Below, in pieces: positions 46,571 to 64,000 of a DNA stretch of 64,000 nt (position 1 is the first letter of the stretch; every line of letters begins with the position of its first letter). The DNA lies in assembly GCF_009914755.1 (NCBI RefSeq), contig NC_060936.1, one strand, 5' to 3'. Under the pieces are notes generated by a model. It worked only from the letters and a program-made list of their open reading frames with translations, ran no database searches and was not told where the DNA came from. The position numbers and the translations under genes are program-made. Source of the DNA: the human T2T-CHM13v2.0 reference genome, Homo sapiens.

Positions 46571-46983
46571 GGAGGAAATATTCCTCCCCCAGGACAGTAT
46601 AAGTAACTCACAATATTGCAGAACTATTGGGGGCTGAGCACACCACTGAGCATGCTTCACAGTACCCCCTGAGGCAGACCCTATCAGAAACCTCATTTTA
46701 AAAATAAGGAAACTGAGGACCAGAGAGGTTGCTTGCTACTGTAAATTTTGCCCCTAAAAATCCTGGCAGAAACTAACAGGAGCAGCCATGACAGGGTCCA
46801 CATAGGCAGTGGAGCAGCAGGACAGCCAGGTGCCTGAATGTCGTGTCTAAGGACTTGCAGAAAGACAGAGGTGCAGGTTACAGGGAGTGGGCAAGGGGTA
46901 GGAAGCAAGATGGGGCTCGACTCGGGGGCCCCAGGCAAGGCCTGTCCCTGCAGCCAGCACAAGCAGGCCTCGTCTCTCCGCAG

Positions 46984-47060
46984 GGGCCTTCAAGAAGTAC
47001 AGATCACTTTGGCGGCCAGACTGGGGGAGGCAGAGGAGAAAATCAAAGTCCTACATTCAG
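46984..47060 (+). CDS. CUX2: CUX2 exon 7 (77 nt): [25 protein letters not shown]
   Basis: Acceptor cgtctctccgcag, donor CAG|gtatgt, phase 2 to 1; lies within ORF 46838..47086. Confidence 0.95.
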
Positions 47061-47204
47061 GTATGTGTCGGCACCATGTGGCCTAGAGGGAGGACTGGGA
47101 GGGGACGGTAATGCTGTCAACGAGGGGTCACGGCTTGGGGTCTGCCACATCCAGGTGTTTTAGAATCAAGAGGGCAAAATGGGAGTTTGGGAAGAATAAT
47201 CTTA

Positions 47205-47405
<201 letters not shown>

Positions 47406-48123
47406 TTAATTAATTAATTAATTAATTAATTTAATACAACCCCTGCAGGGGCCAAAACGCTACCAAGCCACCGACTTAGGGGAGGCGTTGGGGAGGGGTG
47501 AGGTCTGGGGCAAACTGGAGAAATGAGGCCTCATCTAAAGAGACAGCCACTGCTTAGTACCAGCCAGGCGCTACCATATGGTCCCCTGTGGCCAGGCCCT
47601 TCCATTTTCCCAGAGAAATTAGAAATCTGGAGTTGTATCAAAAACGCTCGTTCATTGTAACACATGAATCTGTTCATTGTGTGGATCTTCCCTGTCTTCC
47701 GGCCTGCCAGGTTGGAACCTCGGGGTGGTTGAACACCTCGGGATGGATGGCCCTGCCCAGGTCCTGAAATGACTTAAGGGTGTTGGGGGGCTTATACCCC
47801 AGGTCATGGGGCAGACAGCACCACGCCTCCACCCCCCAACCCCGGCCTGGGTCCCCTGAGCTACCTAGGCCCATGGAGAGACCTCATCTGCCCCGCACTG
47901 CCCACCCCAGCCACTGCACATCCCTCTCACCAGCCTGAGCCCCTTTAGGGGCAGGAAACTCACTCACCGTCACCAGTTCTGACTGAGAGAAAGATCTCCC
48001 TCACTACCCGAGCTCTCATTCTGCCTGCTGGGCTTCGCAGAAGGAGTGGGCTCCACCTCCCTGGGAGACCCAGCTCCTTCCCACTCGGAGGTGGGGCCTC
48101 ACCCTGCCTCTGCTTTCTCCCAG

Positions 48124-48190
48124 CGCTAAAGGCTACGCAGGCAGAGCTGCTAGAGCTGCGGCGGAAGTACGACGAGGAGGCAGCATCCAA
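48124..48190 (+). CDS. CUX2: CUX2 exon 8 (67 nt): ALKATQAELLELRRKYDEEAASK
   Basis: Acceptor tgctttctcccag, donor AA|gtaagt, phase 1 to 2; coiled-coil heptad pattern. Confidence 0.95.
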
Positions 48191-48214
48191 GTAAGTGAGC
48201 CCTGCTGAGGTGTA

Positions 48215-49010
48215 CCTCCTCCCTTGGAGGCCTCCCAGACAGGCCTCCTCCTTCTGACCCTCCAGTACTTGCCTCCTCCCTCTGACCCTCCCAGACACAC
48301 CTCCTCCCTCTGACCCTCCAGTACTTGCCTCCACCCTCTGGCCATCCCAGACACGCCTCCACCCTCTGGCCCTCCCAGAGAGGCCTCCTCCCTCTGACCC
48401 TCCAGTACTTGCCTCCACCCTCTGGCCATCCCAGACACGCCTCCACCCTCTGGCCCTCCCAGAGAGGCCTCCTCCCTCTGACCCTCCAGTACTTGCCTCC
48501 ACCCTCTGGCCATCCCAGACACGCCTCCACCCTCTGGCCCTCCCAGAGAGGCCTCCTACCTCTGACCCTCCAGTACTTGCCTCCACCCTCTGGCCGTCCC
48601 AGAGAGGCCTCCTCCCTCTGACCCTCCAGTACTTGCTTCCACCCTCTGGCCCTCTCAGGCCTTCTCCCTCTGACCCTCCCAGACACGCCTCCTCCCTCTG
48701 ACCCTTCCAGACAGGCCTCCTCTCTCTGACCCTCCAGTACTTGCCTCCTCCCTCTGACCCTCCCAGATATGCCTCCACCCTCTGGCCCTCCCAGACAGGC
48801 CTTCTCCCTCTGACCCTCCCAGACACGCCTCCTCTCTCTGACCCTCCCAAACACGCCTCCTCCCTCTGATCATCCCAGACACGCCTCCACCCTCTGGCCC
48901 TCCAGTACTTGCCTCCTCCTTCTGATCCTCCAGGACTTACATCCTCCCTCTGTCCCTCCAGACATGTCTCTTCCCTCTGACCTCTCAGACATGCCTCCTC
49001 TTTCTGACTC
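48215..49010. repeat. 28-bp minisatellite with an 84-bp (3-mer) higher-order repeat
   Basis: gtactt recurs at 48321, 48405, 48489 and 48573; ORF 48325..48621 repeats a 28-aa unit. Confidence 0.93.
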
Positions 49011-50191
49011 TTCTCCTTCCTCTGAGTCTCGGCTGGAGGCCCCCGTTTCATTAAGCACCTCTGCTCCTCACCCCCAAAGGCACACAGCTGTCATTTGCTG
49101 TGCCACTCACACACCACAGCCATAAATAATGTCCTGGGACCTGGGCTGAGTGAGGGGCTGCTTGGTGGGGGCCTCCCCCTTTGCTCTGGGCCCCTGGGAC
49201 TGTCCCCGCTCCCCAGCTCCACACTCCAATCCTCAGGGGCTGAGAGGCATTCACCTAAATTACTCTGGACTCAAGCGTTTCTTTAGGCTTTAAGAAATCA
49301 TTCATTCTGCAAACACTTATTGAGCACCTGCTGTTTATCCAGTGCTGTTCTGGGTCCTTGGAGGAAACATGAGAACATGACCCGGTCCTCAGTCAAGGAG
49401 AGGAGACAAAAACTGATGTGCAGTGATACATTTGTTCATTCACACATATTGAGCACTTACGGTATGCCCAGCACTGTTCTTGGCACATGGCAAATGCTAC
49501 AAAGGGAAGAACTGGGGATGGGAAAAGAGAATGACAAGCAGGGGTAGGTCCTTTATCCAGGGTAGTCAGGGAGAACTCCCTGGAGGAGGTGGCTTTCAGA
49601 ATGAGGAGAAGGCCATGTGAAGAAAGCAGGGAAGGGTGCTCCAGGCAGCAGGAACAGCTTGAGCCAAGGAAGGCCCTAAGCATGCATGAAGCATGTGTGT
49701 GGCCTTGGGTCACAAAGTGCTCCCCACGTGCCCCCCGCGTCTCCCACCCCCTGCTAACAGAGGGGATGCCTCTCCCAAGCCCCTCCATGCTGGCAGCCTG
49801 CAGGGGGCTGGGCAGCGCAGTAAACAAGTGACCACTGGGGACAGTGCAGGGCGGCCTCCCCGGAGAACACTGTGATCAGGGTTTTAAAGCCGGGGGCTGT
49901 TCTCTTGAGGATGGGCATTCCAGGCACTACCAGGACAAAGGCTTGGAGGTGGAGTTCAGAGAGTGGCCCCTGGGGGAGAGGGGAGGCCAGGCTGTCCTGA
50001 AGAGGTGCAGTGCTGACGCCCTACTCCCTTTTCCTCGAAGCCTAGGCTCTTTTCTCCCCAGCCCGATTTCTCTCCTGTAGCAAGGCCTTCAGCCCTCCCC
50101 TGGGCTCAGGCAGGGGCTGGGGGTGTCAGGAGGGGCGGGGGCCTGGAGCCCGCCGGAAGCCCTTCCTCAGGGCCTCATCTTTGTGTCTCAG

Positions 50192-50240
50192 GGCAGATGA
50201 AGTCGGCCTGATCATGACCAACCTGGAGAAAGCTAATCAG
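50192..50240 (+). CDS. CUX2: CUX2 exon 9 (49 nt): ADEVGLIMTNLEKANQ
   Basis: Acceptor tctttgtgtctcag, donor CAG|gtgagg, phase 2 to 0. Confidence 0.95.
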
Positions 50241-50656
50241 GTGAGGAGGCGCAGTTCCCACCCGTGGGTGCCAGAGGCTCCCTCTGCCTGGGGTGGGGGT
50301 CTCGGGCCAGATGAGGAGGAAGGGACTGAGCTTCATCAATATTTATTCAACTGTGGGTCTTGTGCATGCCAAGTGAGGGAGCCAGGAGGAGTCTGGGCCC
50401 CAGGCCCTGCCCTCCCCAAGCTCCCAGGGTGGGCCCAGGGTAGGGGGTTGGGGTAGGGAATGCAGACAGACACACTTGGAAATAGAGTGCTCCAAGCAGC
50501 AACAGGCAGGAAGGGGCCGCTGACCCAGACTGCGGGAGTCCAGGAAGACGTCCTAGAGGAAGGGATGTGGAGCTAAGACCCAAAGAATAAATGACAGCAT
50601 ATCTAGGCATGGATTCTAAGTGGGGCTCCCGCCTCCTGCCTTCCTCCGGCTCAGAG

Positions 50657-50675
50657 GTGCTGCCATCTGGTGGGC
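50657..50675 (-). promoter_or_regulatory. CTCF-like motif
   Basis: The reverse complement reads GCCCACCAGATGGCAGCAC. Confidence 0.6.
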
Positions 50676-51419
50676 AGAGTCAGGCAGGACTTTAAAAGAA
50701 GGGCAGCCACAGCCAGGGGGCTCCAGCCCGGAGTCTTGAGTGCCCACCATGTCTGTCCCCCAGCTCCCTGCAATGCCACCAGCCAGAGACATGGCCAGGA
50801 GAGGCCAGCAGGGCCTTGAGCCCTCTGTCCCTTGGCTCATCTTCCTGCCTGTGGGGTGGGAGAAGATGCCCACCCGCCCTGAGGTCTGCGGGCCCGCACT
50901 GTGGCAGGGAGAGAGGTCATTTTCCCCAGGGGCAGTTAAAAGGGGCCTCTTGGAAGACATTTTGAAGCTGGGTTTCAGAGTCCTGATGCTGTCCCCTGAG
51001 GGAGGGCAGCCAGGTAGAAGGCTCAGCAGGAGCAGAGGCCCGAGGTGTGGCTCTTTGGGCGCAGGGTGGGGGCACTCCCTCCTACAGAGGAGACTTGGAT
51101 AAAAGGGCTGATTCTATGTCCCTGGGAAGCCACCAGAAGGTGCAGGCCTGGGCTGGAAGTGCTGAGACTCTATGAGCCCCTACCCCTATAGAAGCAGTGT
51201 CCCCTAGGAGGGTCGGGAAGGCCAAAGTCAGGGCTAGGTTACCGTGGTGGTGGTAACCGCAGTGGCTTCCCTGAGCTTAGGTCCAGCATATTTTTCTGAA
51301 ATGATCATTAAGTAAGCCCCATTTTGTATAGGCTACATAGCCTTTTTAGAATGATTTTTTGAATAGGTAATGCATTCATGTAGTTCAGAACTCAAGAAGC
51401 TACACAAGGGCCTGTCTAG

Positions 51420-55448
<4,029 letters not shown>

Positions 55449-55569
55449 TCAGACTAGCCAGGCCTGAAGTTAATGTGGCAGACAGAAGTATCTAGAAATG
55501 TGTGAAAACCTGCCAGTCCCACCCAGAGAGCCTCTCTCATCCTGCCTTCATAGAGCAGGAATGTTCTGA

Positions 55570-55986
<417 letters not shown>

Positions 55987-56369
55987 TGAGCAGGGAGGGC
56001 AGAGGGAAAGATCGGGAATGGCTGAGTTTGCAGGTTTCAGCATGTGGGTGACACTTTGTGGTTGATTGTGTGCATCCATTTGAAACTGGGAGTGTGAATG
56101 TGTGTGGGTCTCTGTGCATACGGTGAGCATAATCACTATGACCTGCTACACCAGCTGAGGATAAAAATACAGCTACAGTTCTTTACTTTTCAAGCCCACG
56201 TTTCCATATACCCTTTATTACCAGGAGTTCCAGTATCTTCCTTTGGAGGCCTCCCTTATCCCCAATTATCCAAGAATGCCAGGAACTTCCTCAGACCAAA
56301 GATCATTCTGATTTCCAGATGCACCAGCAAAGACATGGGGGAGAGGGAGTTTGAGGCAATACAGCAGCA

Positions 56370-56402
56370 TGCAGTTTTGGTGGCTGCCACCAGGTGTCGC
56401 TG
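56370..56402 (+). promoter_or_regulatory. CTCF-like motif with upstream TGCAG module
   Basis: tgcagttttggtggctgCCACCAGGTGTCGCtg. Confidence 0.55.
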
Positions 56403-58415
56403 TTGAACACCGGTCATAGCAGCTTTGTGCATGCTTGGGATGGTGATGCCCCTGCTGGTTTTCAGTCCCAAAACTGGGTACTTTTAGGAGTGTGAGCCAG
56501 CCAACATATCAACAGGCAGTCATCACCAGGACTGCAGTGGGGCCACATACCAAGATAAAATTTAACATTCATACTCAGCCATTGGTTTCCAAAGCATGCC
56601 AGGTGATTCTAGGGGGATTTCCCACCCCAGCCACATGCTATGAAGAGCCAGTCTTCGGTGATCAACCCTGAGGTTCTTGTGTTAGGCCTGATTAATCAAT
56701 TCATCTTTCTCTTTCCTCCTGGTTTGTGCCTCTTTGGGGTCCTAGTGTCATTTCTTGACAAGAGACTTTCATCAAGGCCACCCCAACCTACCCTTCTGTC
56801 CTATATTAGCAGTCTCCATCCTGGCTCTCCCAGAGAGCCTTGGGTTCATTATGTGAATTGGTCTGCCTTATTTCCAGATCTCTACATACCAAGGGGTGAG
56901 ATTCATGATTCCTTACATAATAACAGGTCTGCTCCAGGGTGACTTCCCTCTCCACCCATGAACCTGAACTTGCGAGCATAATTTTCACTTCACCTGACAC
57001 CCACATATACAGGCCCAGGTGTCTATGTCTCTCTTTCTGTTTGAATATTGGAATGAGTCTCTATGAATGTGTTACTGTGTATGTGTGTCTCTACTTGTGA
57101 CCTTTGGGCAACTGACTGTATTCTTAACCTGACTGTGCCTCAGTTTCCTCATCTGTACAATTAACATCTACTTTATAGGGTTATTAAAAGGATTACATGA
57201 GTCAGGCATGGTGGCACATGCCTGTAGTCCCAGCCTCTTAGGAGGCTGAGGCAGGAGGATCACTTGAGCCCAGGAGTTTGAGTCCAGCCTGGGCAATACA
57301 GCAAGATCCTGTCTCTGAAAAAAAAAATGGATTATGTGTAAAGTGCCTAAAATGGTGCTTGGGTCATTGTATATGCTCACTAAGTACTTGATGCTACTGT
57401 TATAATTGTTAATGTGTCTTTGGTGTGTCTGGGGTGTTTTTGCTCATGAGAGCATGTGGCTTCTTTGAGCACGCGCATGTCTGTTGTGTGTGATGATGTG
57501 TCCTTGTGAGTGTCTCTCTTTGATGCGTGTGTATTTGTGTGTGTGTGTCAGCATATTTGGGAAACTGCATGTGTTAGTGTGTGCTGTGGCTATAGGTGTG
57601 TCCTTGTGTGTCAGCCTGTGTCTGTGTCCCAGGAGATTCTGTGTGTGTCCATGTTCCTGGGTGACGGCATAACACAGAGAGAGTGAACACAGGAGAGAGA
57701 GGCTGTGTGGAGAGAGATGGAGAGTGAGAGCCCATGAGGATGCCTCGTAGAGGAATTTGCCAATGGTTCTTAATTAACCCCCGTGGAACCCGGCAAATGC
57801 CTGTGCTAATCAGCCCCAGGGAACTTTGCTGGTTTGGGGGGTGTGCTTTTCTGAGCACAACAGTGGCACTCGATGCTAATTAATTTAATGTATTAATGGC
57901 ATCCGCTTCCTGTTTTAATTGGCATTTATCTCCATGGAAGAAAGCTGGGGTTGGGTTGGGGCTTTTTGTTTGTTTGGTTTTTTTTTTTTTTTAATGTTTC
58001 TTAGATTTATTTGTAACTAAGCCTGACATCAGCCTGACTTCAGGTTCCTCAAACAGCAACCTCTCCATCTTCATCCAGGACAGAGGGTCCATTTCCTAAA
58101 ATGTGGAGAAGCCATGGGTCTTGGGGCTATCAGCAAATTAGGCGGAGGAAAGAGCCGCCCATAACGTGGTCCGTGGCTCCAAGGTGTCAAGTCTAATCCT
58201 GAGGGTCCCTTATTGCCTAGAATGGGGACATCCCCCTGGAGTAGGAGCCAGACCTGAGAAAGAAACTCAAACTTTTACCTATGCTGTTTCCTCTGGTGCG
58301 AGCACCCAATCCCCAACCTCAGCTGACTCCTTCCTTTTGTCATGGCTATTCTTTTTTAATAAATCTTTTAATCAAAGTGTAACTTAATACATAAGGAAAA
58401 GTGTACAAGTCATAA

Positions 58416-58908
<493 letters not shown>

Positions 58909-59935
58909 GTACCATGTGGGGTGGGGCTCCACAGACCCTCAGTGCTCTTCCCTGGCCAGGAGCTCTTGGCAAAGTTCATCATCTTCCTCCCTCCTACTAA
59001 ACCCCATTTGTTCTTCTCTCCACTAACACTGTGGATATCAAACCTTAACCATCCTCAGGCCAGGTGCAGTGGCTCATCCCTGTAATCCCAACACTTTGGG
59101 AGGCCCAGGCAGGAGGATCGCTTGAGGTCAGGAGTTTGAGACCAGCCTGGGCAACAATGGGGAGACCCCATCTCTGTGAGAAAAAAACAATTTTAATTAG
59201 CCAGGAGTGGTGGTGATGCGTGCTGTAGTCCCAGCCACTCAGGAGGCTGATGTGGGAGGATTGCTTGAGCCTGAGAGGTCAAGGCTGCAGTGAGCTGTGG
59301 TGGCACCACTGCACTCCAGCCTGGACAACACAGTGAGACCCTGTCTCAAAAACAAAACGAAATTCAACCATCTTCAGTCCTTTTCCATTAAGAGCTGCCT
59401 GTACGGGCAGATCACCTGAGGTCAGGAGTTCAAAACCAGCCTGGCCGAAAGGGCAAAACCCTGTCTCTACTAAAAATACAGAAATTAGCCAGGTGTGGTG
59501 GCGCTCACCTGTAGTCCCAGCTACTTGGGAGGCTGAGGCAGGAGAATCGCTTGAACCTGGGAGGCAGAGATCGTGCCACTGCACTCCAGCCTGGGTGACA
59601 GAGTGAGACTCCATCTCAAAGAAAAAAAGAAGCTGCCTGTAGACCATACAAGGGAACTTATTATAGGCATGGTAACTGGAAGGTGATTCATTAACCAGCT
59701 AAACTCAAGCTGGCCAGAATGGGTCAGTTCAGGCAGCACCCCTCCAGGTAACATCGCCACCTGTTAATGAGCCTGCTACTTCAGGCCTGGGGTTGCAATG
59801 ACTCTGGAATTAATGGGGTTCTGGGGAATGGAGCAGTCATTGTCAGGGAGGTAAGCCGGGTCAGTGCCTCTTGAAAGACCTCTCCTCCAGCCCGGGGGCT
59901 GGCTGACCTCAGACCCTCTCCACTTGCTCTGGCAG

Positions 59936-59984
59936 CATCCTGAAAGCCATGAAGCTGGCCTCCAGCACCTGCAGCCTCCCCCAG
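59936..59984 (+). CDS. CUX2: CUX2 exon 13 (49 nt): ILKAMKLASSTCSLPQ
   Basis: Acceptor cacttgctctggcag, donor CAG|gtaagt, phase 2 to 0. Confidence 0.94.
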
Positions 59985-60077
59985 GTAAGTGTCCCTGCCA
60001 CCATCCCTGCAGGGCAGGCTGCCCCAGTGAGCCTTCCGCCCACCAGGTGCCCTCTCAACCTGCCTCTTGTCTCCTAG

Positions 60078-60305
<228 letters not shown>

Positions 60306-60540
60306 TGATTTGGCACCTGCTGTATGCCTGTCCTGCAGGGCATCCACAAACACCCACGTCATCGTTGGGGTCACACAGCTGGTTTGGGCCCTTCCAAGGC
60401 CCCCTAAAGAGCTCCACTCCCCACTGAGCCTTCTTGAGCTGCAGCGGCTTTCATGAAGTGGTCACAGGGGGACAAGCAGGGCATTGTCATTACACCCCCC
60501 ACAGCCGACCACTGTGGGGAGCAGTAGGCTGCGGACATGA

Positions 60541-60792
<252 letters not shown>

Positions 60793-61229
60793 TGATCCGC
60801 CTGCCTCAGCCTCCCAAAGTGCTGGGATTACAGGCATAAGCCACCGCACCCAGCCACCCACTGAACTTTTAGCCTTGTGGCCCCAGGCAGGACACTGTGC
60901 TGCCTCTGTTTCCTCATCCATAAAATGGGTGTGACCTTGGGGCCCACTTCATGGGTGCCATGTAGGTCTAGTGAGTCAGCTCCAGGGTGGGTGCCCAGCA
61001 AGGGCCCATCTGCAGGTGGTGGCAAGTTCGACTTCCCACCCCAGGCCAAGGTGCTGGGCCCATAGCAAGTTCTCAGCTGATGCTCTTGGTGATGGGGGTG
61101 GGGCGCTCCCCAGAACTGGCATTTGGATGGGGCCTGGAAGAGTGGGAGTTGGAGAATGGAGGGGGTAGGGCAGAAAGAGCCAAGGTCGGCGCTTCCAGCT
61201 GCTGGACGCCTATAGCACTGCTCCCCACC

Positions 61230-62452
<1,223 letters not shown>

Positions 62453-62995
62453 TGACCCAGGGCCAGTGGCTTTGCCTGTCTGTGCCTCAGTTTCCCCTCT
62501 GTAAAAGCAGGAAATACATCCTCGCTCTCTCCTTCCTGGCCCTGGCCAGAGACAGTCTGCCCTTCCTGGGGCACTCAGGGTAAGGGTGGCGGGAAAAGGC
62601 TCCAGGCGCTGCCCTGGCAGGTATTCATCCAGCACTTCCAAGCCTCAGTTTATACATTTGTAAGACCGCCAACCTTACCAGACTTGATTTTTCAGGTAAT
62701 CAGTATGAAGGGTCCCAGCTGTGGCCTCACAAATGCCTGAGTTTGAGTCCCAGCTCTGCTGTTCACCCACTGGGTGACCTCAGACAACTCCTTTCACCTG
62801 TGCCCCGGTTTCTGCATCTGTCAGCCTCCAGGAGGCACCATGAGGATTAAACGGGCATCAAGCACTGACCACAGCACCTGGCATGCAGTGCTGCTTGAGA
62901 ACTGTTAGGGGTGGTGGTTGCCATAGTCATTGTCGTCATCATTTCTTTTTTTTTTTGAGATGGAATCTCACTCTGTCACCCAGGCTGGAGTGTAG

Positions 62996-63480
<485 letters not shown>

Positions 63481-63638
63481 TAAAGTGATCCTCCCACCTC
63501 GGACTCCCAGAGTGCTGGGATTACAGGCATGAGCCACTGTGCCTGGCCTCGTTATTATGATTCTTATTTCACACCAGAATCACTCACAGGCCCACAGTTT
63601 GTTACATAGACTAAGCAGTGGCCCTGCCATCTCACTGA

Positions 63639-63911
<273 letters not shown>

Positions 63912-64000
63912 TGAGGCTTCGTCTACCTTTGTCCACCCCAGAGGGAATCCAAGGTGGATCAGAACCACCAGAGGCCAGAGGGACCTGTCTAGAGCGCATG

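Noticed and set aside
47960-49051. 363-aa and 234-aa antisense ORFs
   Set aside because: Translations of the 28/84-bp minisatellite; no promoter or splice support.
51237-51258. Short hairpin ggttacc...ggtaacc
   Set aside because: A 7-bp stem is expected by chance in 64 kb; no RNA-gene context.

Overview
Human (or very close primate) genomic DNA from inside the CUX2 gene (cut-like homeobox 2), transcribed on the + strand. Thirteen consecutive coding exons (exons 4-16 by the usual numbering; numbering from my recollection of the protein) splice with GT-AG boundaries into one uninterrupted frame. They encode the N-terminal coiled-coil region, a Pro-rich linker and the first CUT domain. The gene continues beyond both window ends. 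The introns are densely filled with Alu, MIR/L2, L1M, MaLR/ERVL LTR and DNA-transposon fossils; all repeat family calls were made by eye and their boundaries are approximate. I see no evidence of a new gene system. The most interesting structure is non-coding: a 474-nt AG-free CU-rich tract before the CUT1 exon, a 1.1-kb polypyrimidine VNTR, a datable local inverted duplication, a 28/84-bp higher-order minisatellite, a triple CUT-binding motif beside exon 6 (possible autoregulation), several homeodomain-motif-rich candidate enhancers, and three CTCF-like motifs.
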